Of a stretch of DNA of 64,000 nucleotides, positions 1 through 11,400 are shown in pieces. Source of the stretch: the human T2T-CHM13v2.0 reference genome, Homo sapiens. Below the pieces are notes generated by a model. It was given only the letters and a program-made list of their open reading frames with translations. It made no database searches and was not told where the DNA came from. Each line of letters begins with the position of its first letter. Within the stretch, counting starts at the first letter, position 1. The translations under genes were made by a program, and so were the position numbers. The DNA is taken from assembly GCF_009914755.1 (NCBI RefSeq), contig NC_060940.1; one strand, 5' to 3'.

Positions 1-544
1 CCACACAGACCTCTTTCCTACAGAGCTTGGGGTCAGAGTGGACCACTGGTCTCTGGGCCAGTGGCATGGGGTCCACAGGATTGTGTCCTTGGCCCAGGAG
101 CTGCTGTCCTCAATCCTTGGCCATCCTCACAGGGGCTTGGCCGCCACCCCTGACTGCTTCAAAGCCTCTTGGGCTTTCCCTCCAGAATCCAGTTCAGGCC
201 AGTGATCACATCCACATGGGCAGAGCCTCCTTTTTCCAGGCTGCTCCAGAGAGCACGTCTCCCTCGACCCTCCGGCCTTGCTATGCACAATCAATGCCAC
301 TCCCCTTACAGGGGGGCACAGACTCAAAGGAGGGGAGGGAGGTGCTATTGTGAACACGGACAGGTGACTGCCCAGCCCAGGCTTCCTGATGGGGGCCCCG
401 AGACCCTCTCCGAGAGGAGCAAGAAACACACGTGCCTTGCTCTGTGTGGGTGCGGCCGGGTGGCGAGCGGCCCATCCTGGGAGGGCTGGAGAACCTCCCC
501 CTTGCCCATAGCGTGGCAGATGGGACAAGGGCTCCACTTCCTCC

Positions 545-710
545 CACCTCTGCTGTTTACTGGCTGTGTGACCTCAGACCATTCTCTCAACCTCTCTGAG
601 CTTTTATTTCCACATCTATACATGGGACCAAGGATAGCCCCAATCCCAGACCTTGCCAGATGTGTCAGAGGGTCCTGCAGTGTGTGCAGCACCAGGCCTG
701 TACACATGGT
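545..710 (+). mobile_element. MIR (SINE) fragment
   Basis: tctgctgtttactggctgtgtgacctc...aacctctctgagc...cacatctatacatggg matches the degenerate MIR core (CTGTGTGACCTTGGGCAAG...AACCTCTCTGAGCCTCAGTTTCCTCATCTGTAAAATGGG). Confidence 0.7.
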
Positions 711-2490
711 GCCGACTGGCATCATGAGGGAGGTTTCCTTTACTGTTCCTTGCCCCTGGGCCTCACTTTCCCTTCTCATGCAAGCTGGGACCTGTGCAGG
801 CGGTGGCTCAGCCTACAGAAGGGCTGGGAACTCACGGCCAGGCGTGTGGGTGGATTGTTCTGGATGCCTCAGAGCCCTGTTCTTCACGGACCTTGATGAG
901 CTCCAGCTAATGAAGCCCAGGCTCTCCTGAGGGGACAAGATGTTGATGGAGGCGTGGAGGACTGGAAACAGGTCCTCCAGCGCCAGGATCCAGGAGGGAA
1001 CACACAGGAGGGGACAGAGCAGGCCTGTCCGAATCTTGCTGGGCTTTTCTGCACCCTGGGGGCCCTCAGGCAAGCAGCCAAGCAGGTAGGAGATCCGGCC
1101 TTGCATCCGGCCTGCCGCAGACCCAGCAGGTTAGCGTGCTGTGCACACCTGCCCCGCCCGCCCTGGCCTCGGATTGGCTCGGCCAGATGCTTTCAGAAAC
1201 ACTTCCCATCATAAAAGTCTCACTGGCTCCGCCACCTGCCCCGGGCCCTGTTGCTCCGCCAGTCAGGAGACAAGTCTGTTCTCGCCAAGGAAGCCCTTTG
1301 TGCCACCCTGGGCCGAGCCACATGGGGCTTGGGATGGGTGCCTGGGGCAGGGCACCCGCAGCAGGTGTTTTGGGGTGGGTGCCTCCAGCCTGTGGCTGCT
1401 TGTCCGGGGCAGGAGGCTGGGAGGAGAAGGGGAGTCACATCAGCTGTGCGTCTCTGGCCCAGGTGCAGGCAGGGCTCCTCTCAACTGCCCCTTGCCCCTG
1501 ACGCCATCTGTGTGTGAGGCCAGGGCTCCCAGAAGAGTGTGGTATGGCCCCCACTATTGGAGTCACCATGCAGAGGGGGCCAGACGCCTGGACAGAGACT
1601 CAAAGCCACACAGAGACCGGGCTGGGTGGGACATACTTGCCTCCCACCACTACCCGTGGCAGACAGCTCCTTCTCGGGGGCCCTGGGGAGCAGGGCAGGA
1701 AGCCAAGCGGAGTTTGTGGCTGAGGTGGACCCCTGGTGGAGGAGGGGTGTCCGCAGCCTCTGCACCCAGCAAGTCCCGTGGCCCCCCCAGGGCCAGCCTG
1801 GCTGCTGACAGATGGTCATGAGACCCGGGGAGTCTGATGAAGTTCATTTTTCACCTGCACGTGTTTTCGCCTCCCCGCTCTCGCGAGGCAGCCGGCCATC
1901 CATCCTGGAGCCCTTCCGAGGCCTCGGCGGTAATGGGGTCATAGATCACTCCCTGGTGGAGACAGAGCTGGACAGGGGGAGGGGAGCCATTAAGAATGAC
2001 CGCGGGTGACCCCCGGGCCAGGACGGCTCCAGCTCCAGCTCCAGCTTGAGACGGGGCGTGCACAGCCCTGAACCTGGGTGTGGGCTAGATAGGGGTATGG
2101 GGTGCTTTCAGGCCTGGCTCAAGCCCCATTGGGGAGGGGCGGGCAGGGAGCGAACCCCCATTCCCCGAGGGTACACCCAGGGAGGGCATCACTCTGCGGG
2201 GCTGTCTGGGCCTCCCGTGGCCATGGGATAGCGGCGCTTCTGGTCAAGGCCTCTCTGTGACAGGTCAGGGTTGAGGGGTCACTGGCTCAGAGACTACCAC
2301 CCCCTCCCACCCTGTTTAAATATGGTGGTTCAGGTGGAACCCTCCCACGCCCTGCCCCCTGTTTGGGCTCAGCATTACGGCCAGCAGAGCTGAACAAGGC
2401 CCTGACGCCGTGGCAGGTGCCTGGCCCAATGCATCCTGCCTGCGTGCCTGACACCAGGATGGACGGCTGACTCTAGGTGGGGAGTTGGAT

Positions 2491-2640
2491 GCTGCCTGGG
2501 TCAAACCTGGTCATGCCATCTTACTGTGCAAATGAGTAAGTCTCTTGCCCCATCTTACCTCAGTTTCCCCCATAGGCAAAATGACAATAATAAAGATATG
2601 ACGTAACGCACGGGGGTTTGAGATGATAGGGTGAGCTGTC
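2491..2640 (+). mobile_element. MIR fragment
   Basis: cctcagtttcccccataggcaaaatgacaataataa is a MIR core match. Confidence 0.6.
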
Positions 2641-3596
2641 GCCATGACGGGCTATGTCTGGCAGCTTGGGCACCTACTGCCTCAGAAGCGGTGTCTGTGG
2701 TTATTGTCATCCTTCTCATCATCACTGTCATAGTGGTGGCTCAGAGCATGGCTTCTGGTCCCAGCTGTGTCGGCTGTGTGGCCTGGAGGAGATGCTAAAC
2801 CCTCTCTGGGCCTCCCTCAGTTTTGTGACCCGAGTGTTCAGCACGATTGTGCGTGAAACGCCTTGGAAGGAGGCTGGCCTGAGTCAGTGGTCAGGAAAGT
2901 CGACCTCACTTAGTGGGTGCTGGAAACAGCTCCCCCGCCATGCTGCCCTCCTGGGACACCCCTTCCAGAGGCTTCTCCTGGAGTTCTTGTTACCAGATTT
3001 TACCCTATGGGTGCTGGAGGGGAGGGAAGGGGCCAGGGTGCCATTCCTGGGGTGCCTCTTGGGGTGGCCCTGGCTGCTGGCTTTGGCTGGGTGGACTTTG
3101 GAAGGGACAACTGGACAGCTCCCACTGAAGGTTCTGGGGCTCCCTGGGGCCACGCAGCATCACACAGGGTCTTCTAGCACCAGCTCCCTGAGTTCTTGAC
3201 AATTTGAACGTGAGGTTCTCAGAAACCACTTGAAAGACAGAAAGGAGTGATAGTGGGGTGCCCCTGCCACTGCCCGACCACCGTGGTTTCTAGATGGCCC
3301 TTCCAGCCCAGATGCCACAGGTACTGGAGTCCAGCACAGGGTGCTGTGCACAACGGACACCGGGCCTAAGGAGGGTGGTGGGAGCCCCCTGCACCCATGG
3401 TCCAGCCCCAGGCCTCTCCTGAGTCTCACGCCCAGTGACTCCCCAGAACCCCCCACTTTCCCGACGCCTTGCCATTTGCCACAGGCTGTGGAACGCTGGG
3501 AGTGCTGCGAGGTCTGGCCTCAGCCTCCCTCCTAGCCCCCCTCCTCAACCCCCCACGCATGCTGAAGCCGTTGTGGCTCCTGCTCTGTGGTCCTGC

Positions 3597-4000
3597 CCCA
3601 GGGCCTTTGCATCTGCTGTCCCTTCAGCCTGCGATGCTCTTTCCACAGAACTTTGCGGGACTGGCTTCTTCCCAGCCTTCAGGCCTCACTCAAATGTCAC
3701 CTCATTGGTGAGGCCCTCCAGGATCACCTGACCTGGTGGCCCCTCTCCTCCAGGACATCACCTGCTTTCATGTTACCTTGGGTTGCTTTCTTCCTCTTGC
3801 TTATCACCAACTATCCAAAACTGTCTTGTTCATTGATTTTCTTCTTTTAAACATCTCTCTCCCTTGGTTAGAACATAAGCTTTGTGAGAACTCATTCATC
3901 TGTGTAGTTCACTATGTCACCAGAACACATTAGTGATAGTGCTTTGGTACAAAGTAGGTGATCAGTAAGTACTTATTGGTTAGACAAATGGGTGAATGAA
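3597..4000 (+). mobile_element. L2 (LINE2) 3' end
   Basis: cagggcctttgcatctgctgtccct...caaatgtcacctc...tagaacataagctttgtgag...gtaggtgatcagtaagtacttattg follows the L2a 3' terminus and ends in a TGAA-type tail. Confidence 0.8.
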
Positions 4001-4925
4001 AATGGATGGGTGTATGTTTGCATGGACGGATGATTGGATGATTGGTTGGATGGGTGGGTGGATGGATGGATTTGTGAGTGGATAGGTGGGTGAGTGGATG
4101 GATGGATGGATGGATGGATGGATAAAGGGATGGATGGGTAGGTAGATGGGTGAGTGGATGGGTGGGTGGATGGATGGATGGATGGATGGATGGATGGATG
4201 GATGAACAGATGGATGGGTGGGTAGATGGGTGAGTGGATGGGTGGGTGGATGGATGGATGGATGGATTGGTGAGTGGATGGGTAAGTGGACGGATGGGTG
4301 GATGGATGTATGGATTGGTGAATGAATGGGTGAGTGGGTGGATGGGTGGGTGGATGGATGGATGGATGGATGGAGGGATGGATGGTTGGATACATACATG
4401 GGTGGATGGATGGATGGATGAATGGATGTATGGCTGGGTAGATGGGTGAGTGGATGGGTGGGTGGATGGATGGATGGATGGATGGATGGATGGATGGATG
4501 GATGAATGGATGTATGGCTGGGTAGATGGGTGAGTGGATGGGTGGGTGGGTGGGTAGATGGATGGATGGATGGATGGATGGATGGATACACAGGTGGGTG
4601 GATGGATGGATGAACAGATGGATGAGTGGGTAGATGGGTGAGTGGATGGGTGGGTGGGTGGGTGGGTGGATGGATGGATGGATGGATGGATACATAGGTG
4701 GATTGATGGATGGGTGGATGAACAGATGGATGAGTGGGTAGATGGGTGAGTGGATGGGTGGGTGGATGGATGGATGGTTGGATGGATGGATGGATGGATG
4801 GATACATAGGTGTGTGGGTGGATGGATGGATGGATGGATGGATGGATGGATGGGTAGATGGGTGAGTAGATGGATGGATGGGTGGATGAGTGGATAGATG
4901 GGTGGATGGAAGGAAGGAAGGAAAG
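3990..4925. repeat. (GGAT/GGGT)n compound microsatellite with internal ~80-110 bp higher-order units
   Basis: Directly visible. The marker gggtagatgggtgagtggatgggtgggtggatgga recurs about 7 times. Source of the spurious His/Pro/Ser/Ile ORFs on the minus strand. Confidence 0.97.
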
Positions 4926-5350
4926 ATGGAAAAAGGGCAGGCAACATCTGGGTTTCTTTCCTTCCCTTGACTCAGTTCTGACTACTGGTGAAGAAGTGGG
5001 GCAGCTGGTGGCTCTGCACTGGGGGTTGGATTGAGCCAGGACAAGTGACTGGGTGATGAGGTTGTGGTTACATGGGGAATCCCCAGGGAAAATCATAGGT
5101 GTCCTGAATCCTACAAGGTAAAGAAGTGTTCTTTGGGAATAGATCATGAAGGAAAAAAAAGAGAGAGAAATGTTCCACGATGTTGAGGGTAATCTCTGAA
5201 CCATGGAATGGCCCTCATTGACTGGGAAAAGGAGCTCAGGCTCTGAGGCCCCCCAGCCAGGTCCTGGGGAGAGGAGGGACTGGCCAGCAATGGGGGCCAG
5301 GCAGCATCTGAGGCATTCTGATAGAGCAGAACCTCATTAAGAAGCTGCTA

Positions 5351-5662
<312 letters not shown>

Positions 5663-5884
5663 CTAGGGTCATACCAGGGGCTGAGGGTGGGGGTCACATT
5701 ATTTTCATCTGGTTTGCATGCAGGTGGTGCAAACCAGGATGTGCAAAGCATCTTCCCGTGGCCATGTCTCTGCTTCTGTCCTCCATCCCTCCCACCATTT
5801 GTCACTGTCCTAGAAAGCCTCAAGCAGAGAGAACCTCCTGCTCTCACGGCTGAGCCCCCAAGGTCTTCTCTTCCATATACAGAA

Positions 5885-6050
5885 GAATAATCCTAACAAA
5901 TCACTGAAGCCCTTCCTGCTTGGAGCCCTTTACCTGAACTAACCCATTGAATCCCCACGAGCCTGCAAGGCAGGTGCTAGTATTGCCCCCATTTAATAGA
6001 TAAGCAAACTGAGGCCCAGAGAGGGGCGTCACTTGCAAACAGCTGCATGG
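5885..6050 (-). mobile_element. MIR fragment
   Basis: cccatttaatagataagcaaactgaggcccagagagg is the reverse MIR core. Confidence 0.7.
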
Positions 6051-6344
6051 CAGGTGGGCCCACGCTTAGCGGATCTGGGCAATGAGGCCTTACACAGACC
6101 CCGTGGAGTCAGGCTCTTCGTCTCGTTTTACCCCAGGGGAAAGTGAGGCATGACTGAAGCTTGAGAAGGGACAGAGAAAGCGAAGAAAGCACAAGCAGCT
6201 GACCTCGGGGCCTAGGCTGGGATTCAGCTGCAGATCAGGCCTAGAAAGTACAGATTATTTCTTTATCTATTTATAAAATTATTTATTTGTAGTTATGATG
6301 GATACATAATAGTTGTACAAAGGGAACTGTGTATTCTTACACAT

Positions 6345-6405
6345 ACTTCTGTGTCCCTGAAATCTGGGACAGTCGCTGGCACACAGTAGGTGCTCCAAAA
6401 TACTC
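6345..6405 (+). mobile_element. L2 3' tail fragment
   Basis: ctggcacacagtaggtgctccaaaatac. Confidence 0.55.
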
Positions 6406-6699
6406 ACGGCCTGTAGCTTTGTGCGGTCACAGGCACGGTTCTGCTGGCGTTGGGGTGGGGGTCATCACTCAAGTGACCAAGGGGAGGTGTCCAGCAACAG
6501 ACGGGGACGGGGCCTCCTTTGCTTTCTGGCAACAAGATCAGGGTCAGATTCCTGCTAAGTGGGGGGCACCCGTGCCCCCCAGGGCTGTGCCTGGCCGGGG
6601 CAGCTAGTCCCCTTTGAGCCCTAATTCTAAGAGCTAGCTTCGTGTCCCTCCATATAACAATATGATGGGTTAGGGTCAAGCTGTGGTCCTATAACTTGT

Positions 6700-7200
6700 T
6701 GGAAGACATTTCAGAACAATAAAGGTGTCGCGCTTTATGTCTGCTCATATTTCATCCTGGCTCTGGCCTCTCCTGCTCACTCACCTTGGATTTACTGTGC
6801 GGATATTTTAAATGGGGTGAGCTTGGACGCTAGTGTTCCCGTACCCCCGCCTTGTCCCCCCCACCGCCTTGTTCTGCCCCCCCCACCCCTCCCCGCCACC
6901 GCCCAGCTCTGGGAGCCTGGCCCCAGCCCGAACCCCGTGCTGGCCTTGCCTGCTGAAATATTTACCTCCCGGCTCCTCTGACAGGCAGAGCTGTCTCCTG
7001 AAGCAAAGGTTATTGGACTGCGAATGTTATGACATTACATTTTTGTGTCTGCACTTTGGAGATGCGTCATGCTGGCAGAATGACAAGCTCTGGGCAGGGC
7101 TGAGCAGAGGGGCCGGGCAACGCGGGGAACTGATAGCGGTCCACTTTATTGCAGTGCCTTCACGGCTCCGCCGCTGCGCCCTGGGAGTTGACAGGACAAG
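6700..7200. promoter_or_regulatory. Candidate enhancer / conserved non-coding element
   Basis: Repeat-free. AACAAT 6715, AAATATTTAC 6956-6965, TGACAG 6979 and 7189, TTTATTG 7145; CpGs retained. Confidence 0.35.
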
Positions 7201-7399
7201 GCGCCAGCCTCCTTGGCTGGGGCTGCTTAGCTGGTTTGATGCTGTCAGCTCCCAGGCACCGCCCCCCCACCGCCCCAGCTGGCAGCCCCAGCACCTCCAA
7301 GAGAGGGCTAGGATGGAGCAACAGGATGGAGCAAGGCAGACCCACAGCAGCAATGAGAATGGTCCCAGCAGCCCACGTGGCACAGAGCTGTGACATTCC

Positions 7400-7518
7400 A
7401 GGTAGTGTGCAAACACATTCGGGCATTAATGCATGTCCCACGCACCCACCCGAAGAAGCAGGCATTTTTATCCCTTTTGTCAATTGAGTAAACTGAGGCA
7501 CAGAGTGGTAGTGACTTG
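7400..7518 (-). mobile_element. MIR fragment
   Basis: gagtaaactgaggcacagagtggtagtgacttg. Confidence 0.6.
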
Positions 7519-7927
7519 TGATATCTGTCCCCTGCGGCTGCCGTAACAAAGTACCACAAACTGGGGAGCTGAAAGATTTCTTCTCCCACAGTTCTGGAGG
7601 CCAGAAGTCCAAAATCAAGGGGTTGGCAGGGCCACACTCTGCCTGGCAGGTCCAGCCGGCGATGCTTCCTGCCTCTTCCAGTCTCTGGTGACTTCAGCAT
7701 TCCTTGGCTTGCGGCAGCATCACTCCAGTGTCTGCGGTCATCACGTGGCCGCCTTTCCTCTGTGTCTATGTCCCAATTCCCCTCTTTTTATAAGGACGCA
7801 GGTCATAATTTAATATGCCCACATTTTAACTTGATGACATCTGCAAAGACCCTGTTTCCAAGCAAGACCTCATTTACAGGTTCCGGGTGGACATGAATTG
7901 GGGGTGGGGACATTATTCAAGCTGACA
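7519..7927 (-). mobile_element. MLT1 (B/C-like) ERVL-MaLR solo LTR
   Basis: ggctgccgtaacaaagtaccacaaactggg...cagttctggaggccagaagtccaaaatcaagg...ataaggac...acatctgcaaagaccctgtttcca. Confidence 0.88.
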
Positions 7928-7949
7928 TGTGTGCCCAAGGTCACTGGAG

Positions 7950-8352
7950 TAGATGCTTGTGGGGCCTCACTGGCATGTCCCCCACCAATCTCCGAGCTCA
8001 CCTGCAGATGGCTCTATAGAACCCTGTGGCTTCTGGACTTGCTATGCTGGAACGTGTTCCCGGGCTGCCCTGACTCATGCAGGCTGCAACTTACATGCTA
8101 GGAGGTGGGTGTCCCCAGGAGTCACTCCAGCCCAAGAAGGAAAGGTGTTGGTGGATACCTCCCCATCGTCCTTGTCCTTCCTGGGAACTCCTCTCCTAGG
8201 GGCCCCAGCTGGCCTGTTCAACGTGGCCCCTGTAGGTTTCCTTCCCAGCCTCACCCCCCACTCCCTCCCTTCCCGTGATTCCCTCCCAGATCATCTCCCT
8301 GCCCTTGATCCTTGTCCTGGGATCCGCCTCTTGAGGAACCCAAATGAAGGCA
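7950..8352 (+). mobile_element. LTR16-like ERVL LTR fragment
   Basis: The 3' end cctcccagatcatctccctgcccttgatccttgtcctgggatccgcctcttgaggaacccaaatgaag resembles the LTR16 terminus. Confidence 0.55.
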
Positions 8353-8443
8353 ATATAAATAATGATAACAGAACAGCTGGCACACACAGCATTGATTCTG
8401 CACAGGCGGCCGACTCCTTCAGGACTACAGCAGGCCTGGCAGA

Positions 8444-8842
8444 GAGCGTCACCAGATCCAGAAAGAAAAACACAGGACACCCAGTGAAACTTAAATTTCA
8501 GATAAACAACAAATACCTTTTAGTATAAGTATGTCTCATGCAATATTTGGGCTATACTTATGCTCTTAAAACATCCATTGCTTCGGGCTGGGGAGGGGAT
8601 GGAGAGTGATTGCTAATGGTTATGGGGTTTCTCCCTGGAGTGGTGAACATATTCTGAAATTGACTGTGGTGAGTAGCTGCCCACTTTTGTGAGTATTCTA
8701 AAGCCCATCAAACTGTGTGCTTTAAATGGGATCATATGGGATGCAGGTTATGTATAATAAAGCTGTTATATTGAAAAAGTATTTGTTGTTTATCTGAAAT
8801 TTAAGTTTCACTGGGAGTCCTATATTTTATCAGGCAATCCTA
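8444..8842. mobile_element. MER53 palindromic hAT MITE, split by an L1 insertion
   Basis: Left arm caggacacccagtgaaacttaaatttcagataaacaac, centre tagtataagtatgtctcatgcaatatttgggctatacttatg, right arm gttgtttatctgaaatttaagtttcactggg...ggcaatcct. Confidence 0.88.
8581..8778 (+). mobile_element. L1M (L1MB-like) 3' end nested in MER53
   Basis: gagagtgattgctaatggttatggggtttct...tgaaattgactgtggtg...ctttaaatggg...aataaagctgtt. Confidence 0.85.
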
Positions 8843-8861
8843 TTTGGGGGTAGGTTCTCCC

Positions 8862-8945
8862 ACTATCTCTGTATCACAGATGAGGAAACTGAGAGCCAGC
8901 CGCATATCACAGCCAGGACTTGTGGAAGGGACTGGAACCCAGAAG
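8862..8945 (-). mobile_element. MIR fragment
   Basis: cacagatgaggaaactgag. Confidence 0.6.
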
Positions 8946-9296
8946 GCCAGCCTCCTTGACCCTTAGGGAGCGTTGCCTCAGTGAAGATGGAGCCTGAGGC
9001 TGGAGAGGCGGCTGGGGCCAGGTTGGCTGACCCCGAATGTGCGGGGATGCCCTCCGAGGTCTCTCCATCCACCCAGAGGCAGAGTGCATGCCTCTGAGCA
9101 AGGGGTCCCAATGTGGCTGAGGTTCCTCTCATCCTCTCCCTGCCTCTTTGGGCTCGGCCTCCTCCCTCACATAAGGACCGCAGGCTGGTCAGAGGGAGGA
9201 GGATCAGATAGAGGCCCTGTCAAGGCTGCTGGTGCAGGGCCTGCAGTCGTTGCTTCTCACAGGCAGCTGCCTCTTGGAGGTCGGAAGAGAAACTGC

Positions 9297-9449
9297 GCTG
9301 GGCACGGTGGTGCGCACTTGTAATCCCAGCACTTTGGGAGGCTGAAGTGGGAAGATCACTTGAGGCCAGCAGGTCAAGACTGCAATGAACTGTGATTACG
9401 CCACTTCACTCCAGCCTGGGCAACATAGCAAGACCCTGTCTCAAGAAAA
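9297..9449 (+). mobile_element. Free Alu monomer (FRAM-like)
   Basis: A single ~150 bp right-monomer-type Alu ending agaccctgtctcaagaaaa. Confidence 0.85.
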
Positions 9450-10399
9450 GGGAGGCGGGGGCACAAAATATATGAACTTGAGGCTGTCTGAGGCCTCTGG
9501 CAAGACAGGAGCGGCAGGGAGGCCAGGGGCCACACCCTCTCAGGGCTCCCAGCCCAAATGACCTGGTGTCTGTGATTGATGCACCATCCCCTTGAATCCT
9601 GATGGGAGAAATGTCTGATGTCGTTACAGCTCCGTCTCACACAGTACCCAGCACACAGTAGGTGCCTAATAAATGCCTCTCATATTGACACCATCCCTGG
9701 AGCTGAAGGGGTGTGGAAGCAGCTGGGAGGGTGTTTTGCTAACTTCATTTTGCAGAGACTACTACTGAGTCCCAAAGAGCCACCTATCCCTGACTGAGAC
9801 AGGTCTGCAACCTTCTGGAACAGTCTTCAGGCTCCTGTGTGATTTACAGGACCCCAAGGCAGGGGACCTGCACCCAGGAGGCAGCAGGCGGTTCAGGGTT
9901 CTGATCTTCTTAGGGGCCCAGTCCAGAATGAGGTGCCCTGCCCAGACCCCCTCTATCTATTCCCCCACTGCCCCCCAGCCTGGTGGCTGGGCTGGGCTGA
10001 GGGGCTTGAGGTTCCCCACCACGGGCAGGTGGGCCTTCTCACCGCCAGGGGGCAGCAGGGGGTTGGCCGCCAGCTTGCGCCCGGCAGTCCTGATGCAGGC
10101 CCACTGGGGCGGGGCTGGGCTGGGGAACTCCAGGCACCCTGGGGCCACGGTGGAGCGCGCCCCTCTTCTCGGGGGCCCACAGGACACTTCCAATCTGCCT
10201 GGGGACCTCTGGCCACTTGTCACCAGGCGTCGATACCGTTCGGGCTCACTGCTGGCTCCGGGTTGTTGACCCCCTGGGAGAATGAACATTCGGGCTGTCG
10301 GGGACCGGGGAAGGCTCAGCCGTGACTGCTGACGAAAAACACAAACATCTGTGAGGGGAGAGGCGGGGCTGGAGGGTGGGAGGCAGCCGGGGGCCGGGG

Positions 10400-10575
10400 A
10401 GCGAGGTCAAGGCCCGAGAAATTAAATGTTCATAAATGTAGGCCTGGCACTCACAAAGTAGGGCAGAGCCATTAGCGCTCATTAAAGTTTAATACCTGTC
10501 GGTGCTGGTGCGGCCCCGCTGGACGCTGCTCTAATTTGATGGGTGTAGAGGGAGAGTTCTCAAATAATCGGGGAG
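10400..10575. promoter_or_regulatory. Candidate enhancer (homeobox-motif island)
   Basis: AATTAA 10420, CATAAA 10431, CCATTAG, CATTAAAGTTTAAT and CTAATTTGAT 10531 in otherwise GC-rich unique DNA. Confidence 0.3.
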
Positions 10576-11109
10576 GTCGGGGGCTTGCTTCTGTGATGTT
10601 CACAGGAAGAGGACGGTTGGGCTTTGAGGGTCCCTTTAAAGCGAATGATTTGGGTGGTTCCTCGGATGAGCGGCTTGAGGGGGCTCTGCTTTATGTACCC
10701 TCCCCTGTGCCCATTTGTGGGGTCACTGGTTTAGTCCTGGATGGGCGGCAGCCCCCGCGCACACACACACGCACTCCTGTCTGCAGGATCACCTTGAGAT
10801 TGCAGGCCCTGCCAGGAGCCAGGTGTGTGGGCGTCTCCCCCTGAAAGCCCTGGGGATTCATATTAGCTCATTTGTCTTAGTTGGAGCAGAAGCCCCGTCC
10901 GTCTCCCCCGAGAACATCTCTTTTTCTACAGCAGAGCAAACCTTTCCTCTCCTGTTCGTGCCACTTCCAAAAATCCAGGCTTCCTCGGGCATCCCCCTCC
11001 ATGCCAGCCCTGGCTCCTTGGGCACACGGTTTCTGGGCTCAAACATTGGCCCAGACCAAGGGTAGATGAATGGTCTGGAGGAGGCACTCTGGAAGCTCAA
11101 TGGGGCAGG

Positions 11110-11400
11110 CTAGAGGCATCCAGGGAAGGCCCCCTGGAGGAAGTGGCAATTGAGTCGGGCCTTGATGGACAAAGACATATAGGAATTAGGCCTGCAGAGG
11201 GAAGCACCTGGGCATTCTCGACGCGGGGAATGGAGCGGGCAGAGACTGGGGCACCTAAGCATAGGGAGGTTGTAGGCTGCAGCCACACAAAGCTGAGGAT
11301 GAGGAGGAAGGATGGTCTGGGGCAAGCTGGGGTAGGCCTTGCATGCCAGGCTATTGGCTTCTCGAACGTTACCCTGAATCCCTGGGAATGGAATGGAACC
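11110..11400 (-). mobile_element. L2 internal fragment
   Basis: cagggaaggccccctggaggaagtggcaattgagtcgggccttga...aggaattagg is a typical reverse-L2 stretch. Confidence 0.5.

Noticed and set aside
169-1821. 253-aa and 226-aa ORFs
   Set aside because: No recognisable domain, overlap with a MIR (169-930), and similar-length ORFs in several frames as expected in GC-rich DNA
4908-4924. GGAA microsatellite enhancer of the EWS-FLI1 type
   Set aside because: Only about four consecutive GGAA units, at the bottom of the range for such activity
3930-5204. 424-aa and overlapping His/Pro/Ser-rich ORFs
   Set aside because: Produced by the (ATCC)n strand, which lacks stop codons; the same applies to 40766-41575 and 48203-48760
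8480-8815. miR-1302-like pre-miRNA call
   Set aside because: The L1 insertion makes the loop ~260 nt, incompatible with a canonical pre-miRNA; kept only as an inverted-repeat finding
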